The notes beneath the pieces were generated by a model. It had not been told where the DNA came from, made no database searches, and saw only the letters and a list, made by a program, of their open reading frames with translations. From contig VFJK01000031.1 of the NCBI GenBank assembly GCA_009886125.1, positions 1,466 through 65,465 of the forward strand: 64,000 bases of DNA, in the 5' to 3' direction. Shown one piece after another: positions 29,041 to 39,234 of this stretch. The stretch comes from Geobacter sp. GTDB taxonomy: Bacteria > Desulfobacterota > Desulfuromonadia > Geobacterales > DSM-12255. Each line of letters starts with the position of its first letter. Position 1 is the stretch's first letter. The position numbers and the translations under genes are program-made.

Positions 29041-29616
29041 ATGCTCAACTCTCTTTTGCTCAGACGATTGCTCGGCGGGATTCTGGTTGTTGCCCTGCTT
29101 GCTGTTGTAGCGGTGACAGTCAGTTTTTTCGTTGAGAACACTAGGAGAGAAAAGCAGCCTTCTCCCCGTCATCCTGCTGCTGATGTCGGGTTAAAAGCGA
29201 TACACTTTACCGAAAGTGATGCTGACAGAAAAAAATGGGAACTTTTTGCGGAAAGTGGAGAGTATGACAAGGCAGCTGAAAAGACCACTCTTGCAACTAT
29301 ACGTTTTATTGTAGAAAGCGATCAGAAAGGGCCTGTGACAGTATCAGCACAGCATGGAGAGTATTTCCACGCTTCCAGGATACTGATCCTCAAAGGGAAT
29401 GTCGTCGCAAAAACAGAAGACGGGGCATTATTCGAGTCGAATGGAGTAACCTACAGCACAAAAAACAGGATCTTCAGCACCAAAGAGCACGTCAGGTATG
29501 TGGATAAGGGTCTTGCCGTCGAAGGAACAGGTATGGATTTCACGATTGAAGGATTCAGGGCAACAATCCATAGCAAGGTTTCTGCTACTCTCTACCCCGG
29601 CAAGAGGGGACAATGA
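29041..29616 (+). CDS. lptC: LPS export protein LptC
   Basis: N-terminal TM anchor plus an OstA-like beta-jellyroll pattern. Sits before lptA/lptB. Confidence 0.75.
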   Translation: MLNSLLLRRLLGGILVVALLAVVAVTVSFFVENTRREKQPSPRHPAADVGLKAIHFTESDADRKKWELFAESGEYDKAAEKTTLATIRFIVESDQKGPVTVSAQHGEYFHASRILILKGNVVAKTEDGALFESNGVTYSTKNRIFSTKEHVRYVDKGLAVEGTGMDFTIEGFRATIHSKVSATLYPGKRGQ

Positions 29617-30125
29617 TTCGTAACTGCTCATTATTCCTATTGTTCTTCTGTGCATTTTCATTTCAGGTTTTTGCTGAGGGGAATCTTCCTGTTTCGCGGC
29701 GGAGCGAGCCCATCACGATCAAATCAGATTCGCTGGTGACTGACAATGACCGGAAGATGGCTACATTCTCCGGGAATGTCGCTGCCAGGCAAGGGGACCT
29801 TACCATATACGCTGACAGGTTTGTTGTCGTCTATTCCTCTGTTGGCAATGAGATCAACACAGCTGAGGTCTTCGGAAATGTTCGTATCTTGCAGGGCCCG
29901 AGAAGGGCTCAGGCTGAACACGGAGTATATGACGCAAAGAGTTCTGTAATCGTCCTGGATGGAAATCCCAAGGTTTTTCAGAACAGTGACACTATCTCAG
30001 GCAAGATCATAACCTACTATCTCGATCAGGATCGAAGCGAAGTCACTTCCGGTTCCGGTAACAGGGTTGAGGCTGTTATATATCCGCAGGGCAAGGGTTC
30101 TGATGGTCGTTCAAAAAAGCCATAA
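29613..30125 (+). CDS. lptA: LPS transport periplasmic protein LptA
   Basis: Signal peptide; OstA_N pattern (PITIKSDSL..., F.GNV...QGDL.I.AD). Confidence 0.85.
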   Translation: MIRNCSLFLLFFCAFSFQVFAEGNLPVSRRSEPITIKSDSLVTDNDRKMATFSGNVAARQGDLTIYADRFVVVYSSVGNEINTAEVFGNVRILQGPRRAQAEHGVYDAKSSVIVLDGNPKVFQNSDTISGKIITYYLDQDRSEVTSGSGNRVEAVIYPQGKGSDGRSKKP

Positions 30126-30843
30126 CACCTTGAGCGCACGGGGGCTGAAGAAGTCTTTCGGCGGCAGGACTGTTGTAAACGGCATCGACATCGATCTTGA
30201 AGCAGGAGAGGTCGCAGGTCTACTCGGGCCGAACGGAGCCGGCAAGACCACAACGTTCTACATGGTGGTAGGCCTTTGCAAGCCGGATAGCGGCGAGATC
30301 ATGATGGGGGGGGAGTCGATAACCCGACTGCCGGTCTATATGAGGGCTAGGTACGGTCTCAGTTATCTGCCCCAGGAGCCATCAGTTTTCAGGCGCCTTA
30401 CGGTTGAAGAGAATCTGCTTGCAATCCTTGAGACGGTAGAGCCGACAAGGCAGTTGCAAAGGCAGAGGGCTGATGAGCTTTTAAGTGAGTTCAGGATAAC
30501 TCATATAGCAGGGAGTAAGGGGTATGCCCTTTCCGGAGGCGAGCGGAGAAGGGTTGAAATCGCACGAGCGTTAACGACAAAGCCCCGATTTATTCTTCTT
30601 GATGAGCCTTTTGCCGGTATCGACCCGATTGCGGTAATCGATATCCAGAACATAATCGCAGAACTGAAGGCGAAAAACATAGGTATACTTATCTCAGACC
30701 ATAATGTGCGTGAAACACTCGGTGTCTGTGATAAGGCTTATATTGTGAACGCAGGAGAGATCCTCGAGTGCGGGACTCCGGAGCAGATAGCCAACAGCAG
30801 AAAAGCGAGGGAGATCTATCTCGGTGACAAGTTCAGACTTTAG
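30103..30843 (+). CDS. lptB: LPS export ABC ATPase LptB
   Basis: Start trimmed to the ATG at 30103. Walker A (GPNGAGKTT), signature (LSGGERRR), Walker B (ILLDEP). Confidence 0.95.
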   Translation: MVVQKSHNTLSARGLKKSFGGRTVVNGIDIDLEAGEVAGLLGPNGAGKTTTFYMVVGLCKPDSGEIMMGGESITRLPVYMRARYGLSYLPQEPSVFRRLTVEENLLAILETVEPTRQLQRQRADELLSEFRITHIAGSKGYALSGGERRRVEIARALTTKPRFILLDEPFAGIDPIAVIDIQNIIAELKAKNIGILISDHNVRETLGVCDKAYIVNAGEILECGTPEQIANSRKAREIYLGDKFRL

Positions 30844-30877
30844 GCATACAGGGAGATTTTCTTGGCGAGGATAACTG

Positions 30878-32320
30878 ATGGCAATTGAAATGCGCCAACA
30901 GATGAAGCTTACGCAGCAGCTGGTAATGACTCCTCAGCTGCAGCAGGCAATCAAGCTCCTTCAGCTGTCCCGGCTTGAGCTTCAGGACCTGGTGCAGCAG
31001 GAGCTTGAAGAAAATCCGATCCTTGAGGAGACCCTTGAGCAGGAGAGTCTCAAAGAGATTGAGCAGCTCGAGATACAGGAGCTTGAGCCTGAAACCCTTA
31101 AAGAGGGAGATAGCTTCAAGGAAGTTACTGCCGGAAGCGATACGATCAAGGAGATGGACTGGGATTCCTATCTTGATGGATATAATTATAGTTCGGGAGA
31201 GCAGTACAGTGATGACGAAGACCGCCCCTCTTTTGAAAATCTTCTGACCAAGAAAGGGACACTCGTAGACCATTTGATGTGGCAGCTGAACCTTTCAAGA
31301 TTTGAAAAGGAAGATATCGATATAGCTGTCGAGATAATCGGTAATATTGACGAAGATGGTTATTTGAGAAGCACGATTGAAGACATAGCAAGGTCTTACG
31401 AAGTTTCGCAAGAGGCTGTCCAGAGTGTACTGAACAGGATCCAGGATTTTGACCCTCCGGGAGTAGCTGCAAGAGATCTGAGAGAGTGCCTCCTGATACA
31501 GGTCCAGCAGCTGGGGATGCAGGGAGGGGTAGTAGACCTTATTCTGCGCGATCACCTCAAAGATCTTGAAACCAGACGTTACAAGCAAATCTCAAAAGCT
31601 CTGGGAATAAGTCTTCAGGATATTCTGAATGCTGCGAAAATTATCTCAGGGCTTGATCCAAAACCAGGACATCTTTTTGCTCATGATGATATCCAGTATA
31701 TCTCACCTGATATATTTGTGTTCAAGGTAGGTGATGATTATATGGTCACGCTTAACGATGAAGGCCTGCCCATGCTCAGGATCAATCCTTATTACACTGA
31801 TGTGAAGTTCAAGGAGCTGGATTCCGGTACGGAAGAGTATGTCAGCGATAAGATGCGCGCTGCTATCTGGCTTATCAAAAGTATACATCAACGCCAGCGT
31901 ACGATCTTCAAAGCGGCAAAAAGTATAGTAAAATTCCAGAGGGAATTTTTTGAAAAGGGGATTGAGTTTCTTCGGCCGCTGGTACTCCGGGATGTAGCCG
32001 AGGATATTGGGATGCACGAGTCCACTATAAGCCGTGTGACGACAAACAAGTACATGCACACTCCTCAGGGTATTTTCGAGATGAAATATTTTTTTAACAG
32101 TGCCATCTCGATTACCGGGGGTGACTTCATTGCATCTGAAAGTGTCAAGCGGAAGATCAAGGAGCTGATCGATTCAGAAGACCAGAAGAAACCATTAAGT
32201 GACCAGACTCTTGCGGAGATGCTTGCTTTAGGGAATATCAATATAGCAAGACGGACTGTCACAAAGTACCGGGAGATGCTCAGATTAGGGTCATCCTCGG
32301 AGCGTAGAAGGATGTTTTAG
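30878..32320 (+). CDS. rpoN: RNA polymerase sigma-54
   Basis: Q/L-rich region I (LTQQLVMTPQLQQAIKLLQLS) and the RpoN box (ARRTVTKYRE). Confidence 0.97.
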   Translation: MAIEMRQQMKLTQQLVMTPQLQQAIKLLQLSRLELQDLVQQELEENPILEETLEQESLKEIEQLEIQELEPETLKEGDSFKEVTAGSDTIKEMDWDSYLDGYNYSSGEQYSDDEDRPSFENLLTKKGTLVDHLMWQLNLSRFEKEDIDIAVEIIGNIDEDGYLRSTIEDIARSYEVSQEAVQSVLNRIQDFDPPGVAARDLRECLLIQVQQLGMQGGVVDLILRDHLKDLETRRYKQISKALGISLQDILNAAKIISGLDPKPGHLFAHDDIQYISPDIFVFKVGDDYMVTLNDEGLPMLRINPYYTDVKFKELDSGTEEYVSDKMRAAIWLIKSIHQRQRTIFKAAKSIVKFQREFFEKGIEFLRPLVLRDVAEDIGMHESTISRVTTNKYMHTPQGIFEMKYFFNSAISITGGDFIASESVKRKIKELIDSEDQKKPLSDQTLAEMLALGNINIARRTVTKYREMLRLGSSSERRRMF

Positions 32321-32361
32321 CAGGAAGCGGCAGAGTAACTACTACCATACAGGAGGAATTT

Positions 32362-32907
32362 ATGCAGATTACCACTACGTTCAGGCACATGGAGCAGAGT
32401 GATGCGTTGAAAAGTTATGTGGAGGAGAAACTTGAGAGAGTAAAAAAGTATATTGACGAGCCAGTTATCGCGCAGTCATATCTGACCGTTGAGAAAATCC
32501 GTCATATTGCCGAGATAACTCTCACGGCAAAAGGTGTTACGATCAAGGCTTCAGAAGCGTCAAGCGATATGTATGCATCTATCGATGCGGTGGTTGACAA
32601 GATCGAGCGTCAGCTCCGCCGTTACAAAGAGCGTCTTAAAGGGCACAAACCTTCTGTCGATGTCCGTGCGAAAGAGGGCCGCAGATCGATTGTTCAAGCT
32701 GAAAGTCTGGAGCAGCAACAGACGCCGGTTATCATCAGATCAGAGCCGATTTCCATTAAGCCTATGTCTGTTGATGAGGCGGTTATGCAGATGGACCTTA
32801 TGCATAAGGATTTTCTGGTTTTTACTGATTCCTCATCTGAGAGTATCAGCGTGATCTATCGCCGGAAGGACGGTAATTACGGGCTTATCGAGCCTGCTAG
32901 AGGATAA
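32362..32907 (+). CDS. hpf: Ribosome hibernation promoting factor (long form)
   Basis: S30AE N-domain plus a C-terminal dimerisation domain (PMSVDEAVMQMDL...FLVF). Confidence 0.9.
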   Translation: MQITTTFRHMEQSDALKSYVEEKLERVKKYIDEPVIAQSYLTVEKIRHIAEITLTAKGVTIKASEASSDMYASIDAVVDKIERQLRRYKERLKGHKPSVDVRAKEGRRSIVQAESLEQQQTPVIIRSEPISIKPMSVDEAVMQMDLMHKDFLVFTDSSSESISVIYRRKDGNYGLIEPARG

Positions 32908-32933
32908 GTCGGATCAGACCTGATGGTGAAAGT

Positions 32934-33395
32934 ATGATACTGGATCTGCCGGTTGAAGCTATTATTGCTGAACTCTCTTCTACAACAAGGGAAGATGTTC
33001 TTGCAGAACTTTCAGCCAATATTGTCACGCGACTTCCCGGACTTCTCCCAAATGTACTGCTGCAGGCTCTTTTGGAGCGTGAAATGCTCGGCAGCACAGG
33101 CATTGGTGACGGGATTGCAATACCTCATGCAAAATTGCAGGGCTTTAGCAGTACGCCTCTGCTTGTGTTCGGGCGTAGTCGTGCAGGAATTGATTTCAAC
33201 TCTCTTGATGACCGGGCCGCACATTTGTTCCTTCTTCTTGTGTCATCTGATTCAGATGTCGGGTCTCACCTTCGGACACTTGCCAGGATATCAAGGATAC
33301 TCAAGGATCCGGAAGTCAGACGTGATCTGCTCAATGCTCCGGATTCAGGTTCAATTCATAAAATAATCCACCACTGCAGAGAGAGGCGAATTTGA
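32934..33395 (+). CDS. ptsN: PTS EIIA-Ntr
   Basis: GIGDGIAIPHAK active-site His motif. Confidence 0.88.
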   Translation: MILDLPVEAIIAELSSTTREDVLAELSANIVTRLPGLLPNVLLQALLEREMLGSTGIGDGIAIPHAKLQGFSSTPLLVFGRSRAGIDFNSLDDRAAHLFLLLVSSDSDVGSHLRTLARISRILKDPEVRRDLLNAPDSGSIHKIIHHCRERRI

Positions 33396-34351
33396 ATACG
33401 GCGAGCCTCACTATTCATGATCTTTTGAAAGACAATGAGTATGGTCTGGATCTTACGCTTTTTGCGGGTGAAGCTGGTTTGTCCCACCGGCTTTTCAGCG
33501 CACGGATACAAAAGCCGGGGTTGGCACTTACCGGCTATACAGAGCATCTTCATCCTGACCGCCTGCAGGTGCTGGGCAATACAGAGATTTCATATCTGAA
33601 GCAGATGACTGCAGAGCTTGCATCAGCCAATGTCGCACGATTCTGCTCTTTTCCTATCTCTTGCTTTATTGTGACAAAAGGGCTTAATCCCCCTGATTAT
33701 CTGAAAGAAGCTGCAGAAAAAGCAGATATTCCTCTTCTTGGCACATCACTGCAGTCATCCCTCTTTATTTCACTTATTACAAAATTTCTTGAAGAAAAAC
33801 TACTTCCGACGACGCACATTCACGGTGTTCTGGTGGATGTCCTTGGCGTGGGAGTTCTTCTTTTGGGGAAAAGCGGAATCGGAAAGAGCGAATGTGCCCT
33901 TGACCTTGTAATCCGTGGTCACCGCCTTGTCGGTGATGACATAATACAGGTAAAGAAGAAGGTTCCCGCTTCTCTTGTGGGTCAGGCCGGAGAGCTTATC
34001 CAGTATCATCTTGAAATAAGGGGCTTAGGTATTATCAATATCAAGGATCTGTATGGCGTTTCTTCTATAAGGGAGAAAAAGATTATTGATATGGTAATAG
34101 AGCTTGTCGATTGGGATCCTGATCACGAATATGATCGTCTTGGTGTTGATGACCAGGTCTACACAATCCTGGGGGTCGATCTCCCGTACATATGCATCCC
34201 GGTGCGGCCGGGAAGAAACCTTACATCCATTATCGAGGTGGCTGCCAGAAACTTTCTGCTGAAGGGAATGGGGTATCACTCTGCCAGGGAGTTTCAGGAA
34301 AAGCTCCTTTCAAGGCTTGACATCCGGCCCATAGGGGATGAGGTTGAGTAA
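33392..34351 (+). CDS. hprK: HPr kinase/phosphorylase
   Basis: TTG start overlaps the ptsN stop. Walker A (GKSGIGKSE); LEIRGLGIINI. Confidence 0.92.
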   Translation: MNTASLTIHDLLKDNEYGLDLTLFAGEAGLSHRLFSARIQKPGLALTGYTEHLHPDRLQVLGNTEISYLKQMTAELASANVARFCSFPISCFIVTKGLNPPDYLKEAAEKADIPLLGTSLQSSLFISLITKFLEEKLLPTTHIHGVLVDVLGVGVLLLGKSGIGKSECALDLVIRGHRLVGDDIIQVKKKVPASLVGQAGELIQYHLEIRGLGIINIKDLYGVSSIREKKIIDMVIELVDWDPDHEYDRLGVDDQVYTILGVDLPYICIPVRPGRNLTSIIEVAARNFLLKGMGYHSAREFQEKLLSRLDIRPIGDEVE

Positions 34352-35210
34352 GCTCAGGATATGTGTCATAACCGGTCTGTCCGGATCGGGAAAGTCGACA
34401 GCTGTTCATGCACTTGAGGATGAAGGGTTCTTCTGCCTTGACAATCTCCCTCTGGCGCTGCTGAACGTATTTATTGATCTGGTGGAGAAATCGTCAGAGC
34501 GAATCAAGAATGTAGCAATTGTAATAGATATCCGCGCGCGCGACTTTTTCAAAGGGCACGAGATTCTTTTCCGTGAACTCCGTGAGGCCGGGCACAAGGT
34601 AGAGATACTTTTCCTCGATTCGACAGACGAAGTCCTTGTCAGGCGTTTTTCCGAAACCAGGCGCAGACATCCTGCAATCGAAAACGGTTCGGTTCTTGAG
34701 GGGATCGCCTTTGAAAGGGAACACCTTGCCGGTCTGAAGCAGATTGCAACCTCCGTCATCGAGACGTCAGAATTGAATGTGCATCAACTGCGGGACCTCA
34801 TTGTCAGTATCGTTTCCGGTGAAGGTGCCCCCAAGATATTCAATGTACATATTCAGTCTTTTGGGTTCAGGTATGGAGTGCCTCTTGAATCTGATATCGT
34901 CTTGGATGTACGTTTTCTTGCCAATCCCTACTTTGTGCCGGAACTAAAACTTTCTACAGGGCTTGATAATGGCGTCAGGGAGTTTATTTTCGGGCAGCCG
35001 GATACCGTGGAATTCCTGGATAGATTATTCGGGCTGACTGATTTTCTTATCCCACGGTACCAGAAAGAGGGGAAATTTTATCTGACCGTCTCAGTCGGAT
35101 GCACCGGTGGACATCATCGTTCTGTAGTCATAGTCGATGCGTTGCGAGAACACCTTAAGGGCAGAAATATATCATTAAGAATAACCCATCGAGATATCGG
35201 GAAAGGTTGA
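34338..35210 (+). CDS. rapZ: RNase adapter / nucleotide-binding protein RapZ
   Basis: ITGLSGSGKSTA; C-terminal GCTGGHHRSV. Confidence 0.93.
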   Translation: MRLSKLRICVITGLSGSGKSTAVHALEDEGFFCLDNLPLALLNVFIDLVEKSSERIKNVAIVIDIRARDFFKGHEILFRELREAGHKVEILFLDSTDEVLVRRFSETRRRHPAIENGSVLEGIAFEREHLAGLKQIATSVIETSELNVHQLRDLIVSIVSGEGAPKIFNVHIQSFGFRYGVPLESDIVLDVRFLANPYFVPELKLSTGLDNGVREFIFGQPDTVEFLDRLFGLTDFLIPRYQKEGKFYLTVSVGCTGGHHRSVVIVDALREHLKGRNISLRITHRDIGKG

Positions 35211-35213
35211 GAT

Positions 35214-35609
35214 ATGATAGGACTTGTAGTAGTAGGACATGCCGGTTTGGCTGTAGAACTCATCAGAGCTGCCGAGATGATTGTCGGGCCTATGGAGGCA
35301 GCTGCAGCAGTTGAGATCAACCCTGATGACTCTGTAGAAGTGATAAAGGCGGCGCTTGATCTGGCAATCGAATCCGTAGCATCTGAAGGGATAATAATAA
35401 TGACAGATATGTTTGGTGGGACTCCCTCGAACATGAGTCTGTCGTTCCTTCAGGAGAACAGGATAGAAGTGCTGACAGGGGTGAATCTTCCGATGCTGAT
35501 CCGATTTGCAAGTGATCGGGAGAAGCTCGGCGTGGCGGAACTTGCTGCTCAGGTACGGGATTCCGGAAGAGAAGGTGTAGCTGTTGCAGGGGATTACCTG
35601 AAGAAGTAG
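35214..35609 (+). CDS. PTS EIIA, mannose/fructose family
   Basis: VVVGHAGLA with the active His; TDMFGGTPSN. Confidence 0.85.
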   Translation: MIGLVVVGHAGLAVELIRAAEMIVGPMEAAAAVEINPDDSVEVIKAALDLAIESVASEGIIIMTDMFGGTPSNMSLSFLQENRIEVLTGVNLPMLIRFASDREKLGVAELAAQVRDSGREGVAVAGDYLKK

Positions 35610-35645
35610 ATCACTAATACCTATATAGGAGTTAGAATATATATT

Positions 35646-35912
35646 ATGCTTGAGCAGCAATTTGCGATTGTAAATAAGCTGGGGCTTCATGCGAGAGCGT
35701 CAGCTCTTTTTGTAAAGACGGCAAGTCAGTTTGATTCCGATATCAAAGTTGTCAGGGACGGAGTCGAAGTTAATGGTAAGAGCATCATGGGGATAATGAT
35801 GCTTGCTGCTGCAAAAGGGACTCAGATACTTCTTAAAGTGACAGGGGCTGATGAAAGCCATGCGTTTCAGAAACTCGGAGAGTTGATCGAAAATGGTTTT
35901 GGAGAAGAGTGA
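35646..35912 (+). CDS. ptsH: Phosphocarrier protein HPr
   Basis: GLHARAS His-15 motif and GKSIMG Ser-46 motif. Confidence 0.9.
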   Translation: MLEQQFAIVNKLGLHARASALFVKTASQFDSDIKVVRDGVEVNGKSIMGIMMLAAAKGTQILLKVTGADESHAFQKLGELIENGFGEE

Positions 35913-37656
35913 AAACCTTGAAATGCAGGGGATAGCAGCTTCACCCGGTATTGCTATCGGTCGGGCAATGCTTGCGGACAGGGCAAGGGTCGAAGTTTCT
36001 GAAACAAATATCTCTCCTGATGACGTCGCCGGTGAAGTGAAACGATTTCTTGATGCAATCGAAAATGTAAAAGAAGACCTTCACCTGATTAAATCACTTA
36101 TCGAGGCGGAAAAGGGCGGAGAGCATCTTTATGTCCTTGATACGCATCTGCTTATCCTTGAAGATTCAATGCTTACAACTGAAACGGTTGCACGGATCGA
36201 GTCCGGGCATATTAATGCCGAAGGCTCTCTCAAGAGGACTCTCGTCAAGTTCAGGGAGTTTTTTGATGGCATAGAGGATGAGTATTTCCGTGAACGTGTT
36301 GGTGATGTTGAAATTGTCGGTGAGAGGATTCTGCGCCGGATGGTCGGCATTTCTCAAGAGCCTTTGCAGTATGTCGACGGAAAGGTGATTGTTGTCGCAC
36401 ACGATCTTTCTCCTGCTGACGTGCTTCAGATAGACAAGGGTAAGGTTATCGGGTTTGTAACGGACCTTGGAGGGAAGACCTCACACACGTCGATTCTCGC
36501 CCGTGCACTCGGAATACCTGCTGTAGTCGGTCTGGATGGCGCCACTTTTTCTATAAAGACAGGCGATCATCTGGTTATTGACGGGTCAACAGGCTCTGCA
36601 GTAGTCAACCCTGACAATACGGTTTTCAGAGAGCATTTAGCTCGAAAGCAGTACTATGACTACTGCGACAGGGAGCTTGCAAAGCTGAAAGATCTCCCCG
36701 CAGAGACGCTTGACGGGCATCTTATAACCCTGAAAGGGAATCTTGAGTTTGTGGAAGAGGTCGACTCTCTTCATGAACAGGGCGGACAAGGGGTCGGACT
36801 CTACAGGACCGAGATGCTGTTCCTTAACCGCGCAGAGCTTCCAGATGAAAATGAGCAGTTTGAAGCTTACCGGTTGATGCTCAATAAAGTTGCCCCATTT
36901 CCGGTAAGCATACGGACTCTCGATGTAGGTGGTGACAAATTTGTCTCCGGATTGAACCTGGAAGATGAGTTGAACCCGGCTCTGGGGCTTCGCGCCATCA
37001 GGCTTTCGCTGCGCAATCCCGAGACTTTCAGGCCGCAGTTGAGAGCAATTCTCAGAGCAAGTGCCTATGGTGAAGCGAGGATATTCTTTCCGATGATTTC
37101 CGGGGTCGGTGAGATCAGAGCGGTCAAGCGGATTCTGCAGGAGATAAGAAGTGAGCTTGATGCTGAAGGTGTCACGTATGACAAAAATCTGAAGATAGGG
37201 ATAATGATCGAAATCCCCTCAGCTGTTCTGACTGCTGATCTGCTTGCACAAGAGGTCGATTTCTTCAGTGTCGGTACAAACGATCTTATCCAGTATTCAC
37301 TGGCAATTGACAGGACCAATGAACACCTCTCACATCTATATGAGCCTCTGCACCCGGCTATACTGCGTTCTTTGAAAATGGTTGTCGATGCTGCACATGC
37401 AGCAGGTATTGAGGCATGCATCTGTGGCGAGATGGCCGGTGATCCGGTGTATCTCCCGATACTCCTGGGCCTCGGATTTGACGAACTCTCCATGTCACCT
37501 CCATCAATACTCCGTGTAAAACAGATATTAAGGAGATGTTCACTTTCAGAGGCAGAGAAACTGGTCTTGAACACTCTCGAATTTTCTACTGCAAAAGAGG
37601 TGGAAAGTTTTCTGAAATCAGAGATAGCCGCTCATTTTTCTGACAGTTTTGACTGA
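35893..37656 (+). CDS. ptsI: PTS enzyme I
   Basis: GIAASPGIAIG; GGKTSHTSILAR phospho-His; PEP-utilising C-domain. The start is either 35893 (20-nt overlap with ptsH) or 35923. Confidence 0.93.
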   Translation: MVLEKSENLEMQGIAASPGIAIGRAMLADRARVEVSETNISPDDVAGEVKRFLDAIENVKEDLHLIKSLIEAEKGGEHLYVLDTHLLILEDSMLTTETVARIESGHINAEGSLKRTLVKFREFFDGIEDEYFRERVGDVEIVGERILRRMVGISQEPLQYVDGKVIVVAHDLSPADVLQIDKGKVIGFVTDLGGKTSHTSILARALGIPAVVGLDGATFSIKTGDHLVIDGSTGSAVVNPDNTVFREHLARKQYYDYCDRELAKLKDLPAETLDGHLITLKGNLEFVEEVDSLHEQGGQGVGLYRTEMLFLNRAELPDENEQFEAYRLMLNKVAPFPVSIRTLDVGGDKFVSGLNLEDELNPALGLRAIRLSLRNPETFRPQLRAILRASAYGEARIFFPMISGVGEIRAVKRILQEIRSELDAEGVTYDKNLKIGIMIEIPSAVLTADLLAQEVDFFSVGTNDLIQYSLAIDRTNEHLSHLYEPLHPAILRSLKMVVDAAHAAGIEACICGEMAGDPVYLPILLGLGFDELSMSPPSILRVKQILRRCSLSEAEKLVLNTLEFSTAKEVESFLKSEIAAHFSDSFD

Positions 37657-37718
37657 TTTCATGTACGGGTCTAATTACCGGTAATCAAATATTGTAGGCT
37701 CCTAAATACCTAAATCGC

Positions 37719-37748
37719 TTGACAATAAAACGAACAAAAGGCTATAAA
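37719..37748 (+). promoter_or_regulatory. Sigma-70-type promoter for metK
   Basis: TTGACA (37719-37724), N17/18, then CTATAAA (37742-37748). Confidence 0.5.
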
Positions 37749-37792
37749 TTTCTTTTTAGTATTGAATCCAGAACCAATAGGGAGATTAAAAA

Positions 37793-38962
37793 ATGGAGAA
37801 AAAAGAGTACATTTTTAGCTCCGAATCTGTTTCAGAGGGGCATCCTGATAAGGTTGCAGACCAGATTTCTGATGCGATTCTTGATGCGATACTTGCGCAG
37901 GATCCAAAATCAAGGGTTGCATGCGAGACGATGGTAACGACCGGGATGGCCGTTATTGCCGGGGAGATAACCACTGCGGCGGTTATCGACTATTCCAGAA
38001 TCGTCCGTGAGACCATTCGGGAGATCGGGTATAACGACTCTCAGATGGGTTTTGACTGGGAGACTTGTGCTGTTCTTACCTCTATCGATAAGCAGTCTCC
38101 TGATATTTCGATGGGTGTTACCGAAGGGGAAGGGATGTTCAAGGACCAGGGGGCCGGTGACCAGGGGATCATGTTCGGTTATGCCTGTAATGAGACCGAT
38201 GAGCTTATGCCCATGCCGATTCTTCTCTCGCATCAGTTGGTCAAGCGCCTTGCAGATGTGCGAAAGTCAGGCGAGCTTCACTTCCTTCGTCCGGATTCAA
38301 AATCCCAGGTATCGATCCGTTATGAGAATGACAGACCTGTCTATGTGGACACTGTTGTCATATCATCTCAACACACCCCTGATGTTTCTCACGATACTAT
38401 CAAAGAGGGGATTATTGATGCAGTTGTAAAGAAAGTTATTCCTGCAAACCTTATGGATGAAAAGACCCGTATATTTATCAATCCGACAGGACGTTTTGTA
38501 GTCGGCGGCCCGATGGGTGATTGCGGCCTTACCGGACGCAAGATCATAGTGGATACATACGGTGGAGCCGGAAGGCATGGTGGCGGTGCCTTTTCCGGGA
38601 AAGACCCGTCCAAGGTTGATCGTTCTGCTGCATATATGGGGCGTTATGTCGCAAAAAATCTCGTGGCAGCCGGTGTCTGCGAGAAGTGTGAAGTCCAGGT
38701 GGCATATGCGATCGGGATAGCTGAGCCTGTATCGATAATGGTAAATACATTCGGAACAGGAACAGTCGCAGAGTCGAGGATTGTACAGATAATCCGCGAT
38801 GTATTTGACATGCGTCCCAGGGCGATCATTGAACAGCTCGATCTTCTCCGGCCAATCTACCAGCTTACTGCAGCATATGGTCATTTCGGAAGGGAACTTC
38901 CTGAGTTCACCTGGGAGAAGAAGGACAAGGCCGAGATAATCAGGAGCAAGGCCGGGTTATAG
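37793..38962 (+). CDS. metK: S-adenosylmethionine synthase
   Basis: [13 protein letters not shown]; GAGDQG; GGGAFSGKD. Confidence 0.97.
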   Translation: MEKKEYIFSSESVSEGHPDKVADQISDAILDAILAQDPKSRVACETMVTTGMAVIAGEITTAAVIDYSRIVRETIREIGYNDSQMGFDWETCAVLTSIDKQSPDISMGVTEGEGMFKDQGAGDQGIMFGYACNETDELMPMPILLSHQLVKRLADVRKSGELHFLRPDSKSQVSIRYENDRPVYVDTVVISSQHTPDVSHDTIKEGIIDAVVKKVIPANLMDEKTRIFINPTGRFVVGGPMGDCGLTGRKIIVDTYGGAGRHGGGAFSGKDPSKVDRSAAYMGRYVAKNLVAAGVCEKCEVQVAYAIGIAEPVSIMVNTFGTGTVAESRIVQIIRDVFDMRPRAIIEQLDLLRPIYQLTAAYGHFGRELPEFTWEKKDKAEIIRSKAGL

Positions 38963-38984
38963 TAGGTAACTATGAACTTGAAAA

Positions 38985-39012
38985 GGCCGGGTGAAAACTC
39001 CCGGCCTTTTTT
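38985..39012 (+). terminator. Rho-independent terminator of metK
   Basis: GGCCGGG-N8-CCCGGCC followed by TTTTTT. Confidence 0.8.
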
Positions 39013-39048
39013 ATGGTGCCTCAAAACTGATTAACCTTAAAAAAACAC

Positions 39049-39219
39049 TTAACCGCCGATGAACGCAGATACACACAGATACACGCAGATAAATCAAAAA
39101 CTTGAAACAATTATCTGTTTTAACCAAAAAGGTGAATCTGATTTTCTCTAAAAGGGTTGATTTTATTGGCGTTCATTGCCTAGAGGCACCTACTTTTGGC
39201 CGATTTTATCTGCGGTTAA
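39049..39219. repeat. Cluster of short direct and inverted repeats in the metK / response-regulator intergenic region
   Basis: 10-bp unit CAGATACACA / CAGATACACG / CAGATAAATC in tandem. TTAACCGC..GATGAACGC on the left is mirrored by GCGTTCAT..GCGGTTAA on the right. Confidence 0.4.
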
Positions 39220-39234
39220 CTGCCGTTTATAGGA

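Noticed and set aside
28878-29141. 87-aa minus-strand ORF overlapping the lptC start
   Set aside because: It overlaps the lptC N-terminus and a terminator-like hairpin, and it has no motifs or SD.
33741-33757. Sigma-54 promoter-like TGGCAC-N5-TGCA inside hprK
   Set aside because: It lies within a coding region, has TGCA rather than TTGCA, and has no enhancer-binding context. It is probably a chance match.
37657-37792. Checked the metK leader for a SAM riboswitch
   Set aside because: Only a promoter-like TTGACA/TATAAA and a short AT-rich leader are present. There are no conserved SAM-I/II-like helices, and about 45 nt is too short.
39060-39095. Short tandem CAGATACA repeats, considered as a possible CRISPR or VNTR
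   Set aside because: There are only three 10-bp units with no spacers and no cas genes, so this is not a CRISPR array.
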